Shown in pieces: positions 8,455 through 18,597 of a stretch of 58,640 nt of DNA. The stretch is from positions 1 through 58,640 of the IMG/VR virus record IMGVR_UViG_3300040971_000021; one strand, 5' to 3'. A model generated the notes under the pieces. That model did not search any database and was not told the DNA's origin. It saw only the letters and a program-made list of their open reading frames with translations. Numbering within the stretch: the first letter of the stretch is position 1; each line of letters opens with the position of its first letter. A program made the translations under genes and the position numbers. The stretch comes from a virus (Duplodnaviria > Caudoviricetes).

Positions 8455-8706
8455 TCAGCCTAGCTTACATCCATGAGCGCAAATAATCGGGATAGAAGAT
8501 GTTAGAGCGGACAATGGTTTAAGTTTCCCACATATTGAGCATTTTAGCCCGTATCTGTCAGACATCGGCAACTGTTTGAATCTGACCATCCTTTCCACTT
8601 CCCGCGCGAACCTTTCCAATCCCGGCCATCCCTCAGCGAGAGGTCCAGCATCGTTTGTTCTATTAAAGGCGTCTCGCAACTCTTCATCTGTTAATGGCTT
8701 TATCAT
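8455..8706 (-). CDS. hypothetical protein
   Basis: KPLTDEEL...FAREVE phage motif; Cys-containing tail. Confidence 0.6.
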   Translation of the reverse strand: MIKPLTDEELRDAFNRTNDAGPLAEGWPGLERFAREVERMVRFKQLPMSDRYGLKCSICGKLKPLSALTSSIPIICAHGCKLG

Positions 8707-8920
8707 CTTACATTATATCATTTTTTGTACTATTTTCCAAAATAAAATTATATGTCAAAAAGCTTAATACCTTTTGGAGAAAGAAATACTGGCGGATTTT
8801 GCGTCATCTGTATTTGTTGCAACAATTGCGCCCGTGTATCCTGTTTTTCTTTAAGCGCATGGTATGCCAGGATTGTGAATCTATATTCCGCGCTCAATCA
8901 TTCAACTCTCCTTTTATAGT

Positions 8921-9004
8921 TGGAGTCATAGCCGGAATCGAACCGGCACAACGGGCAGCCCACGCCGCCACTCTTATTGCTGTCACCAGACATCCGGCAT
9001 AAAC
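8921..9004 (-). ncRNA. tRNA-like RNA / degenerate tRNA lacking an anticodon arm
   Basis: Perfect T-arm GCCGG-TTCGATT-CCGGC and TCCA 3' end; no canonical anticodon arm. Confidence 0.35.
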
Positions 9005-9039
9005 AATATTACCACAAAAACGCCGAAATAAAAAGGAGA

Positions 9040-9438
9040 TTATGTTAATTGTTTATGGTACGCCTCGAAAATGCGCTGTGTCAGCATCTGCACAGAATAC
9101 GCCTCAAACTCTGATGATGGATCATGTTCCCCTATGCTCGTCTTTATTTCTTGCCAAACATGAACAGCTTCATGCGCTATCAAACCTACTATCTGTCCCT
9201 TGGTATAATCTTTTTTATGCTTCTCATCCATGCAAATAATAGCAGCAATTTTCCTTCCATTCATTTCAATAAAATGTGTTGTTGCTCCAGTTCCACTTGC
9301 ATTAAATTCTGGCCTATCTTTTTTCTTTATTCCGTTGGCCCTTAACTCTTTAAAAAATGATTCTTTGTTTTTACACACTGATAACGGTATTGGGCTTGTA
9401 ATCAATTCGCTGTTAATTTCTATTGCTTTGTTTCTCAA
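9040..9438 (-). CDS. zincin-like (HExxH) small phage protein
   Basis: LIAHEAVH...SEFEAY. Confidence 0.65.
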   Translation of the reverse strand: MRNKAIEINSELITSPIPLSVCKNKESFFKELRANGIKKKDRPEFNASGTGATTHFIEMNGRKIAAIICMDEKHKKDYTKGQIVGLIAHEAVHVWQEIKTSIGEHDPSSEFEAYSVQMLTQRIFEAYHKQLT

Positions 9439-12400
9439 TTTTCCATCCTATTCAAGAAATTCATCTGCACCGAGGTTATCCTGTTCTTTATTGTCTCAGT
9501 GCGCTCTTTATCTTTCCTTGCTTCTGCCAGCTTTAACGACTTGAGGAGATTGGTCAGTTGCTTCTCTGCCAGCTTGGATCTTCGGTATAATTTAAATTCA
9601 GGGCTTGCCGAAACCCTGGCCCTCTCGAAAGGCGTCTCTGCTCCATCGTACCTTTGTTTTGCAACATCCCATTCTTTTACAGCCTCATAATAGCGATTGC
9701 TTATTGCCCTCTCATTCCATGAGCCCGTAAACCTTCTGGCAAATGGCACGTTATTTACCTCTAATTCGCCAGTAGCTGCGCGAACCGGAATATGAAGGAC
9801 ATTGCTCACGAACTTGCCAGTTGAACCGGTGACGGTATCATATAGCATGTCAAGCGTTTCAGGAGACATATCCACAAGACCTCCCTTGAATCTGTCGCCT
9901 CCTGTCATTCTGTTTACCATAGAAGTGACAATTTTTGAGGTTGGTGAAACATTCTTCCAATATCTTTCACTGTCTGGTTTTTCCGGCCCGAATGGGTTTT
10001 GATTCGGCATAAGGTCATTGCCCATGAAATTCTTGTTCTCTGCTGCCATGACTATTGGGTCGGCTATCGTTGGTGATAATGTTTGCAGAATCGTACCGGA
10101 TGCCAGAGGATTGAAGGCATTGGCAAAGGTAGTCACAACCCGCATAGCACCGCCAGCCGTGTTGTACTTCCTGCCCGTCATTGCCATGTAGAGCATATTT
10201 GCCGCTTCCGCCCCGATGTTGTTGAATCCGTTGTACCCGTATGGCATTGGGATGCTGATATATTTTCCTTTTGTTCCTGGAATCATAAAGATCATATTCC
10301 TTTCACGGATGAAATCAGCTATCCCTAAAATGTAAGGCTCACCAGAATCATCATCACCGCCACTTGCCAAGGCCAGAAGTTGTAAGGCAAAGCCACCGGC
10401 AACGACACCACCGACAATCTTTCTAACTTCCCGACTCTTGCCGATAGCCTGAATCATGCGGAGATTTCCCTGTATTCCGGCATTGGCGAACATAAAAAGC
10501 GCATTAAGCGCAGGACCTTGTTTACCTTTCTGCGTGAAGTCAACAGTTAATTTAGAGGCCACACTTGCCGCTTCTGATTTTGATACACCAGATTCAACCA
10601 AGTTCTTGTAAGTAGCCAGCCTCACCCCATTTTCAACAGCGGTATTCGACCGTGATACAAGTTTTTTGAGCGCATCGAGTTTCTTGAGAGCTGTGTGCCC
10701 TTCGCCGTACAGTTTCATTGTGTACTCAAGCTCTTTGGCAAGGTCTTCTATTTTCTCATATCCCTGCATCCATCCAATCTTGCCGCCGTTTTTAGAGAAG
10801 TCACGATACCATTTACCCATGTCAGTGCTATCATTGCCTGACTCTGCCTTGAAAATTCCCTTTATTGCTGGAAATATGTCTTTTGCTATCTTGGTGCGAA
10901 GCCCTTTATTCTCTCTGATTTTCTCGTCTGATAAGTGGATAAAAGCAGTCTGGAAATCACGGACGAAGTTAGAGAGAACAAATTCAGGGGAAAGCATGGT
11001 GTTAATCATTGCCAGGTAACGATTCACCTGTGACAGCTTTGCCATGAGCGGGCCAAGTTGTGCATCTTGACCTTTGATGGAATCCAAGAAACGGGCTACA
11101 GTTCTTCCTTGCGGTGTCCGTTGGTCGGTGTCGAACACAATCAGCTTCTTTTCGCTGACCATCTTCTTTTCACCACGGACGGTTTTCTCTACCTGAACCT
11201 TTATAAAAACACCATTTGGCGGTTCCTGCATGGTAGGATACATGACAACATTGCCTTCCTTGTCATGGGTCGGTTGTTTGGCAACCTTCTCAATAGTCAT
11301 GCCGGAATCAGGATTATCCAAGACAAATTGGTAGAGGGCTTTTCCTGCTGCCGCCTTGTGCTTTCTGTTCACTGCCGTTTCATAGTTCTGCACAGAATGA
11401 GCGACGATATTAACGACTTCACGCATTGAACCCATTGCCACTTTCAATGGCTTTCCAGTTGGCCCTGTTATACGCCCTACTGTTGGCGTGGTGTCAAGGA
11501 ATCCTTCACGCTGGAGAGGGACGTAATGTTTGTAGCCGGTGACAATGCCGTTGTATTCATCATCAGTAAGTTCTCCTGAATCATGCAGGGCTTCGACTCC
11601 CATTCTATTGATAAGGTCGAGTTTCTTCTTGGCTGATTGCATTGACTTAAAGCGTGGGTCTTTCTGCCACTTGTCGATAATGGCTTGCCCCTCTTCATCA
11701 GTCATGCCGGAAAGTCTTGGTGATTCTTCCGACCACTTATCGGTAAGTTTTTGAGTGGCCTCTATCCTGTCCAGAGCGTTATCAATTTCACCCTGCTTGC
11801 GCTCCGGTGTCCCTTTGGCAATCTCTTCTTCGGTAAATTCCCTTGCGTCAAGTTCTTTCTGCCGTTCAGCTATCCTGGCCTCACGACTATCAATATCCGC
11901 AATCACCTCGTCGATGAGTTCCAGGTAACCCTGTTGCGTGTCCTTGCTGTCAAGGTCATCTTCCATCACTGTCTTGGAACGAAGGTCAGACATGGCCTGT
12001 TTCCACTTCTCGGCCTCTGTGTCAGTCATGTGTTTAAGAAATTCGTCAAGTTTGCGCTTGGCATTAACCTCACGCATCCGCTGATTTCTCTCAGAGGCAT
12101 GTAATCCGTGTCCGTATTCCTCAAGGTCACTGACGGTAAGCTTTGCCTGTGCAAGTTCTTTCAGCATAGGCTCGACTACCGTTTCCCTTGTGCGCTGTAC
12201 TTCGTCGGCTGTCTTCTTGCCCCGCAGTTCTTCAACCGTAACCATGTCGTTTTTGACGGTCTTCTTATCGGCTTTTGCGTATATCCGCTTGCGTGGGTCG
12301 TTGGTGTTCAGCCAGTTATAAACGAAGTTCTCAAACCGTTCTTTCCACCGCTGGGATGATGCTGTAATTCTATCAACAATGTCTCGGCGAATAGTTTCAA

Positions 12401-15400
12401 CCTTCTCTGATACGGCTGAAAGGCTTATATCGTCTTCGGTATTTTGTGCTATATTATCGTCGCTATTCCACGTTGAAGCAACTGAGTTGCCTTGGTTCAT
12501 GTGGTCAAAACCATTTTCCGCTGTTTCCGTCTGCGGGATTCTGTCGGGGGTGGCTGAGAGGTTGTGATCTTCCTCAAGGGATTGATTCATCTGATTAGCC
12601 ATCTTCTTTGCCTGAAATGCCAGCTCCGTGCCGGATTTGCTTGAAAGCTCAAGAAAATGCTTGAGGTCTCCCGACAATGACCCCATGTAATCTACGAATG
12701 AAGAGGCGTCTATATTTTCACCTTTCAGCACCTCTTTAATGTCCGCAAGGTATCGGTCTTCAAGCTCGGAGTGGGTCAGGTCCAATTTGTCGGCCTCACT
12801 GTCAGCCATATCGTCTTGGCTCCAATTTATCCATGTCTCAGCCAATGATGCGCCAGAGCCGGTACGGGAAAGTCCCGCTATCCTGTCGGTCATGCGCCGC
12901 CTGAATATGAATTGAGCCTTCCGTATTACCTCTTTTCTCTCGACCTGTTTCTGCTTCTCAAGGAATAGGTCAGATTTGTCTATCAATGAGCCTTTACTTT
13001 TTTCAGCTGAGAGATTGGCCGCACCATTATAATCCACACTCACCTCATGCTGCCCGATATGCACCACCGTCGAGATAACATCACTCAACATATTCCGGTC
13101 GGTAATACCAAGGGCCTTGCCAACGAGGGCAACAAGCCTATCCCACAGCGTCTTGATTGTGCTGTCTGTTGACGTGGCAGGGATGGATTTCAGTAACTCC
13201 TGAAATGACTTGGATGAAAACGCCTGTGCAAGAAACTCTTCCGGTGAAGATAGTGCGTAAGCGGTCGCCATTTCCTCGTCGGTGAATCCTTTGCCCTGCG
13301 CCTTGTCGAGAAACTTCTTCGACTGCCCCTCTGACTCCTTAGCAAGTGTCAATAATTTGGCATCCACCTTTCGGCCTACCTGCTTCATCATCTGCTTGAC
13401 TTGCAGCCTCAGGATCGGGCTGGCCTTCATCTCCTTGACTGTCACGGCATGGACTGCCTCATGGAGCATGGTGTTGTATGCCAGGGCGTCGGCGTCTTTC
13501 AGGGCAATAGTAATACCATTGCTTACATGGTACGATGAATGGGCCACCTTCGCAAACGACACCGGAGTGTTCAGCAACTTCTCGTCGCTGATCGTCTTTC
13601 TTAACAGCTTTGCAAGTGCGGATGTTGCCGCATTGCCGTTGCTGATTGCCGCCGTCAACAGCTGGTAGGCGTTGGTTATCCCGGCTACGTCTTCATGGGT
13701 CTTTTTGCTGATTGTGTCGGTTATGGTGGGGGAGTCAATTGAATAAAAAGACTTATTTGGATAAGCAATGGATGCTGATTTTTTTATATCTTCTGCTGTT
13801 TTACTTTCAAACGGAATACGCCATCCGATTCCACCAGCACCGCCAGTACTAACATTATTTCCACCCCAATTATCCCCGTCCATCCCATTATTTTTGACGT
13901 ACCAGATATCCTTGTCGCCGATAACAAACCATTCTCCGCCGCCGTAGATATTCTGCGTGTCGGCATATCGCTCTCCATCTGGGGTATTAGAACCTTCTGG
14001 GTGCTCCCCATCCTTCTTTATTTTATCCGCGATTACGCTTAATGCCGCCTTGGCTCTTTTAACTTCATCTCTGGCCTGTTCGGTATCCCGCAATGTTGCG
14101 GATTCCTCGTCAGTCGATTCTCTGGCTATGGCAGAGAAAACATGGCCCCGATCATCGCCAACGCCAAAAGACATACCATCATCACTGTAATACCTCTTTG
14201 ACGCTGATAGTATCGTAACGTATCGAGGTCCAGTATCACGAGGATTGCGGATTGTTTGACCTGCCCTCATTTCTCGATATCCGTAGCCCTCTCCGCCGCT
14301 AATACGGAATTGTTCGCCAGGTAGAACGCCAGCACCGGACGGTCCTTCTGCCCCATACTGGCGCAAGGACTCAGGGATGTCTCCCGTCACGTACCACTTC
14401 TTTCGGTCTCCATCAAATTTCGCACCGGCTCGTTTCGCTTTGATGCGGTCGTCGTATGGAACGCTTAAATAAGTCTTGTCCCGCTTTGCCTCTTCCGCTA
14501 CTTCCTCTTGTTTAGCTGCACTTTCCACCTCTTTTCTATTTTTGACGGCCTGAATAGCCGCGTCCATTCGTGATTTCAGCTCTGGATGTTTCTCTATCCC
14601 AAGTGTCTTTAGTTTATCAACCCCGTTTTGATATATATATTCAGGGGCCTTTTCCTCAACATATTCAAGCCATTTCTTTAATTCAGGCACAGATGAAAGA
14701 TCTCTTGATTTAGCCGTTTGCTCTCCAGTAAGAGGATAAATCGTTGTCGTTGATCCGTACTTGTTTGACTGAATATCAACATTCGCGGGGGTGCTGTGTA
14801 TCTCCCCTACCGCCCAACCATCGCTTGTTTTGTTGATTTCAACCTTTACCGGGTAACTCTTTCCCTCCCTTGTCGCCTCAAACCATTTACGTCCTTTCTT
14901 GGTGATGGTAAGAGTTTCTTGTGATAATCTTCCTGGCGGTAAAGGCTCAATCTTCTCCGCCACCTTCTCAGGTATTTCCTTTTCGGAAATAGCTTCAGTT
15001 GTCAAGGATTCCTCTACAACTGCCTTCAGCTTTATTGAGTGAGTGACGTTGTTTCTGTCAACAAGATTGATAGAATAAGATTGAAAAGCCATACCCTCCA
15101 GCGATTTATCGCCCACATATTTCTTCCCTTCACCCTTTTTCACATAGGCGATTGTAGCATGAGGCTGATAGTCAGTGAAGGTTTCGCCGGGAACATCTAC
15201 AAGATCACCTACTTTCTTATTGGCAGAACGAAGCGATTTGCTTTTTATCTCGACCTTGACCACATCATATTTGTCATTCTCAAAGATAGAAACTTCACCA
15301 AATTTCGCGTCTATCGGGGGAAGAGAAGAAAGGTCTTTCAGCAACGCCGGATCGTCAATCGCAAGGCCGTATCTTACAGTTATATGTGGCTCTGTTTCTC

Positions 15401-18400
15401 TTCCGTAAGAATCATCTTTTGGGTCGATGTAAAGCTCTTTGTCGGGTATTGATTTTCCAAACTCAATCAACTTTGTTGCGGCTGGCCCTGTTACATTTAT
15501 CTGAGTGTTGCTGAAATCGTGAACCTGCTTTTCCTTTGCATCACCATTAGTTAAGGGAACGGACGTTTCGTTTACCTGAATGCCTAACTGTCCGGCAGAT
15601 TCGGATGGTTTAGACGTTGTTTTAGACATTGCATCCATCTTCTCCGCTGCGGCCCGCATGTGATCGGCGGCGGTCATCTCGGATATGGGCTTTTGCTCTG
15701 ATTCTGTGGCAAGTTTTAATGGTGTTTTGGTAGCTTGCTGTTTTTTCGACCCCGAAAATCTCTGGTTCGCTTCATACATCAATGCAACGAATCCGCGCTC
15801 TGTCCCTTGAAGATCATCCACATTGCTTGGCATATCCAGAATATCGGCCACATCAAGCCATGACTCGGCTATTGTCTTCTCTCCAGTAGTCGAGTTGTAG
15901 GATGTAACGCTTCCCGGCTCCATCCCGGTTGATGCTTTGAGTTGGCCGATGAATAATTGTTGGACGCCTTCGGGAAGGTTGAAGTATGTTTTTTCCCAAA
16001 ACTCTTTTGTGGCCGCTTGCGGAGAGATCCCTTGCTCGTCCATGTCATCAAGCGCACCCTGTCCCTGAGATTCGAAGGCAAGTCTTTTGGCTATTCGGTC
16101 GATGAATGAACCTAATTTTTTGCCCGTATCGTCAATTTTTGGAGTAGCAGATTTGTCACTCGAAGCCGGGGCCACGGTATCCGCTGTTGATTGTTGCGTA
16201 AAAGACTCCGCGCCGGGAGAGGCCATCTTCCCGGCGTTTCCAAGTTGCGCGTCATCTTCCGAGATAGGCGTGGGGAGTGCTTTGTTAAGTTTCTCTTCTC
16301 TCTTCGCCTGCAACTTCTCCCTAAGTGTCATCTTCGGCACTTCCGGGGTATATTCCTCGTATTGCGCTGCCGCTTCCTGCTTTGCGGCCTTGTTCCTGGT
16401 AATCCTCTCCAATAAGGCTGAACGCTTGCCGGTCTTGGCTATGTCTTGAGCCTGAACCGTCTCGGATGTGTCGGCAAAGTCGTTCATCAACTCGTCGGTT
16501 ACTGCCTGTCTGTCTTCGGTCTGCTGGAAGTCCTTTGTCGGTGCGTAGATGGTTCCGGCTGATGACCTGGCAGGGTCGATCAAGCTGGCCTTGCGGCGGT
16601 CTTCAATCAACTTACCGTCTGTCTCCACGTCTTGTGAACTCTTTGCTTTATTTTCCTTCTTTAACTCCATCTCAAGTGCATTCTGATACTCATGCAATGA
16701 CGCATACTTCCCGCCGCTTACGGGGATGTCGCTTATGGAAGAGAATCTTCCTCCTCCTCCAAGCATAGCAGATAACGACACACTAAACGACGTAGCATAC
16801 GGAGACTTAGCGGCCTCTTCAGGTGAAGGCCACTTATCCATATCACTGGCTATGTCTTCATCTGATTTTCTGAATAATTCATGAACATTTTTATTATAAA
16901 GAGGGTCGCTATCTCGTTGCTTTTCCTTTGCGACCTGGATGTCATATCTCCCCATTTCCTCAAGAATGCTTGTTTGTGTCGCAGTGGGCAACGAGTTCCA
17001 TTGTTTTGTAGTGTACGAGCCTAGCGGGTGGTTTATGTTGCCATCAGGCTGGACTATGGGTACAGGTTGAGCAGTTCGTACTGACTCTGACGCCTGCGAG
17101 CTAACGTCTCCCTCTCTTCCCACTTGCATAATTCTACCCGCATTTGGCGTGACACTTCCCGCCATTCCTCTGGGGTCAACTTCTCCTCCTGGTATTTGGG
17201 ATGGAATATCTGTTGCAACATTTTCCACAGCCGACTTATTAATTTCACTCTGTCCTCCTTGTGCTTGATTGTTATTCTGCATCTCCTCAAAGGATTTCTT
17301 CCTGCCAGCGGCAAAGGCCATGTCCTCTACTGCACGGCTGGCCTCTTCGTCGTAGTTCTTCCACGGGTCTTGTCTGGTTGCAGTTTCAGTAATACTATTT
17401 GCCTTGGATAATGCGTTGCTGATTACTCCGGTTGGCTTTGATGTTGGCTTGAATGCCTGTTCGATGTCACGGACTGCCGGGTCTTGAGGCAGTGCTGATA
17501 TTTCAGGGTTGGCTTCCTGTTGATTTAGCCGGTTCATCGTCTGAGATCCAGATTCCATGCCGCCTCCTTGGAACGCACCTACTATAAGACCCTGACCTGC
17601 CGATTCTGCCGCACCTTCGTCCCACGGCTTGCCCATAGCAAGGTTTGTAAATACCTGTTCCTGATACGACTGAGGCATTTCCTCAAGCGCACCTTCTTTG
17701 AACATGGTTTTTGCAATCTCTTTGCCTGCTTGTAGAATGGTAGTTCTCTCTCCACTCCGGCCAGCAATGGCAAGCGCTGCCTCTGCATCATGAAATCCTG
17801 GAACCTTGGAAGACAGAACACCTATTGCAGCCGTGCCAAGTCCTGCACCGATAGCAGGAAGAACTGTTTTACCCCACCCTCTTCCTTCCTGCCTACCCTG
17901 TTCCTGTATCAAACCTGTGGTGGTTGCGCCCTCTGCTCCTGCTCCTGCCGCCGTGATGGCCGCCATTGTTGCAGGATTAGCAAAGAACTTGCTGGAGAAT
18001 GCCGCCGCCTCTGCTGTACCTTCGGCGATTCCAGCCTTGGCAAGCGCAGAACTAAGCATCTTGGTTGCGACTCCCCGTGCAACTCCTACCCCACCAATGG
18101 ACAATGGTGCCGATTCAACGATTGAACCGAAAGCAGTTGATGGATTTTGAGCAAGCGCCTTTACAGTTGGAATAAAGCCCTTGGCGTCAGCTACATTCTG
18201 ATTCGCCTCCTGCCGTTGAGTGCTGTAACCTGAATCAAGAATTTTCTTGGTAGCTGATGGGTCATAACCGAATTTAGCCAAGCCCTTACCTGCCATGTTA
18301 CCTGTTGCGATATTTGCCAGCCCTACAGCCGATTCACCTAGACCGACTACGCCCTTTGTGGCATCTATGGCCGTGTCTTTGAGAAAACCGCCCACTCCCC

Positions 18401-18503
18401 TGCTTTCATCCTGAGTAGAACCTTCGTCGAACTGGTCGAAGAAGTTCTTCTTTTTTGGTTCAGGGGTTGTTTGGTCGAATTGGTCGAAGAAATTTGCTGC
18501 CAT
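9435..18503 (-). CDS. giant polyvalent virion/ejection protein (Acb1-like 2H phosphoesterase, DUF5710-like, zincin-like, C-terminal LPD38-like)
   Basis: 3022 aa; FFDQFD N-terminal repeats; EPHITV and QPHATI motifs; YLSVPY..AK..GAKFD...K.WY; MLHEAVH; IPMPYGYN and ENKNFMG C-terminal motifs. Confidence 0.8.
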   Translation of the reverse strand: MAANFFDQFDQTTPEPKKKNFFDQFDEGSTQDESRGVGGFLKDTAIDATKGVVGLGESAVGLANIATGNMAGKGLAKFGYDPSATKKILDSGYSTQRQEANQNVADAKGFIPTVKALAQNPSTAFGSIVESAPLSIGGVGVARGVATKMLSSALAKAGIAEGTAEAAAFSSKFFANPATMAAITAAGAGAEGATTTGLIQEQGRQEGRGWGKTVLPAIGAGLGTAAIGVLSSKVPGFHDAEAALAIAGRSGERTTILQAGKEIAKTMFKEGALEEMPQSYQEQVFTNLAMGKPWDEGAAESAGQGLIVGAFQGGGMESGSQTMNRLNQQEANPEISALPQDPAVRDIEQAFKPTSKPTGVISNALSKANSITETATRQDPWKNYDEEASRAVEDMAFAAGRKKSFEEMQNNNQAQGGQSEINKSAVENVATDIPSQIPGGEVDPRGMAGSVTPNAGRIMQVGREGDVSSQASESVRTAQPVPIVQPDGNINHPLGSYTTKQWNSLPTATQTSILEEMGRYDIQVAKEKQRDSDPLYNKNVHELFRKSDEDIASDMDKWPSPEEAAKSPYATSFSVSLSAMLGGGGRFSSISDIPVSGGKYASLHEYQNALEMELKKENKAKSSQDVETDGKLIEDRRKASLIDPARSSAGTIYAPTKDFQQTEDRQAVTDELMNDFADTSETVQAQDIAKTGKRSALLERITRNKAAKQEAAAQYEEYTPEVPKMTLREKLQAKREEKLNKALPTPISEDDAQLGNAGKMASPGAESFTQQSTADTVAPASSDKSATPKIDDTGKKLGSFIDRIAKRLAFESQGQGALDDMDEQGISPQAATKEFWEKTYFNLPEGVQQLFIGQLKASTGMEPGSVTSYNSTTGEKTIAESWLDVADILDMPSNVDDLQGTERGFVALMYEANQRFSGSKKQQATKTPLKLATESEQKPISEMTAADHMRAAAEKMDAMSKTTSKPSESAGQLGIQVNETSVPLTNGDAKEKQVHDFSNTQINVTGPAATKLIEFGKSIPDKELYIDPKDDSYGRETEPHITVRYGLAIDDPALLKDLSSLPPIDAKFGEVSIFENDKYDVVKVEIKSKSLRSANKKVGDLVDVPGETFTDYQPHATIAYVKKGEGKKYVGDKSLEGMAFQSYSINLVDRNNVTHSIKLKAVVEESLTTEAISEKEIPEKVAEKIEPLPPGRLSQETLTITKKGRKWFEATREGKSYPVKVEINKTSDGWAVGEIHSTPANVDIQSNKYGSTTTIYPLTGEQTAKSRDLSSVPELKKWLEYVEEKAPEYIYQNGVDKLKTLGIEKHPELKSRMDAAIQAVKNRKEVESAAKQEEVAEEAKRDKTYLSVPYDDRIKAKRAGAKFDGDRKKWYVTGDIPESLRQYGAEGPSGAGVLPGEQFRISGGEGYGYREMRAGQTIRNPRDTGPRYVTILSASKRYYSDDGMSFGVGDDRGHVFSAIARESTDEESATLRDTEQARDEVKRAKAALSVIADKIKKDGEHPEGSNTPDGERYADTQNIYGGGEWFVIGDKDIWYVKNNGMDGDNWGGNNVSTGGAGGIGWRIPFESKTAEDIKKSASIAYPNKSFYSIDSPTITDTISKKTHEDVAGITNAYQLLTAAISNGNAATSALAKLLRKTISDEKLLNTPVSFAKVAHSSYHVSNGITIALKDADALAYNTMLHEAVHAVTVKEMKASPILRLQVKQMMKQVGRKVDAKLLTLAKESEGQSKKFLDKAQGKGFTDEEMATAYALSSPEEFLAQAFSSKSFQELLKSIPATSTDSTIKTLWDRLVALVGKALGITDRNMLSDVISTVVHIGQHEVSVDYNGAANLSAEKSKGSLIDKSDLFLEKQKQVERKEVIRKAQFIFRRRMTDRIAGLSRTGSGASLAETWINWSQDDMADSEADKLDLTHSELEDRYLADIKEVLKGENIDASSFVDYMGSLSGDLKHFLELSSKSGTELAFQAKKMANQMNQSLEEDHNLSATPDRIPQTETAENGFDHMNQGNSVASTWNSDDNIAQNTEDDISLSAVSEKVETIRRDIVDRITASSQRWKERFENFVYNWLNTNDPRKRIYAKADKKTVKNDMVTVEELRGKKTADEVQRTRETVVEPMLKELAQAKLTVSDLEEYGHGLHASERNQRMREVNAKRKLDEFLKHMTDTEAEKWKQAMSDLRSKTVMEDDLDSKDTQQGYLELIDEVIADIDSREARIAERQKELDAREFTEEEIAKGTPERKQGEIDNALDRIEATQKLTDKWSEESPRLSGMTDEEGQAIIDKWQKDPRFKSMQSAKKKLDLINRMGVEALHDSGELTDDEYNGIVTGYKHYVPLQREGFLDTTPTVGRITGPTGKPLKVAMGSMREVVNIVAHSVQNYETAVNRKHKAAAGKALYQFVLDNPDSGMTIEKVAKQPTHDKEGNVVMYPTMQEPPNGVFIKVQVEKTVRGEKKMVSEKKLIVFDTDQRTPQGRTVARFLDSIKGQDAQLGPLMAKLSQVNRYLAMINTMLSPEFVLSNFVRDFQTAFIHLSDEKIRENKGLRTKIAKDIFPAIKGIFKAESGNDSTDMGKWYRDFSKNGGKIGWMQGYEKIEDLAKELEYTMKLYGEGHTALKKLDALKKLVSRSNTAVENGVRLATYKNLVESGVSKSEAASVASKLTVDFTQKGKQGPALNALFMFANAGIQGNLRMIQAIGKSREVRKIVGGVVAGGFALQLLALASGGDDDSGEPYILGIADFIRERNMIFMIPGTKGKYISIPMPYGYNGFNNIGAEAANMLYMAMTGRKYNTAGGAMRVVTTFANAFNPLASGTILQTLSPTIADPIVMAAENKNFMGNDLMPNQNPFGPEKPDSERYWKNVSPTSKIVTSMVNRMTGGDRFKGGLVDMSPETLDMLYDTVTGSTGKFVSNVLHIPVRAATGELEVNNVPFARRFTGSWNERAISNRYYEAVKEWDVAKQRYDGAETPFERARVSASPEFKLYRRSKLAEKQLTNLLKSLKLAEARKDKERTETIKNRITSVQMNFLNRMEN

Positions 18504-18597
18504 TTATCCACCTGGTAGATTTTAAAAAGACATCATTTGTTTGAAATTTATCTATTTATTATAGCAAATTTACATCTAAATAACAAGGATATGCATC

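Noticed and set aside
8921-8947. attP core derived from a tRNA 3' end
   Set aside because: No integrase nearby or elsewhere; kept only as a tRNA-like element
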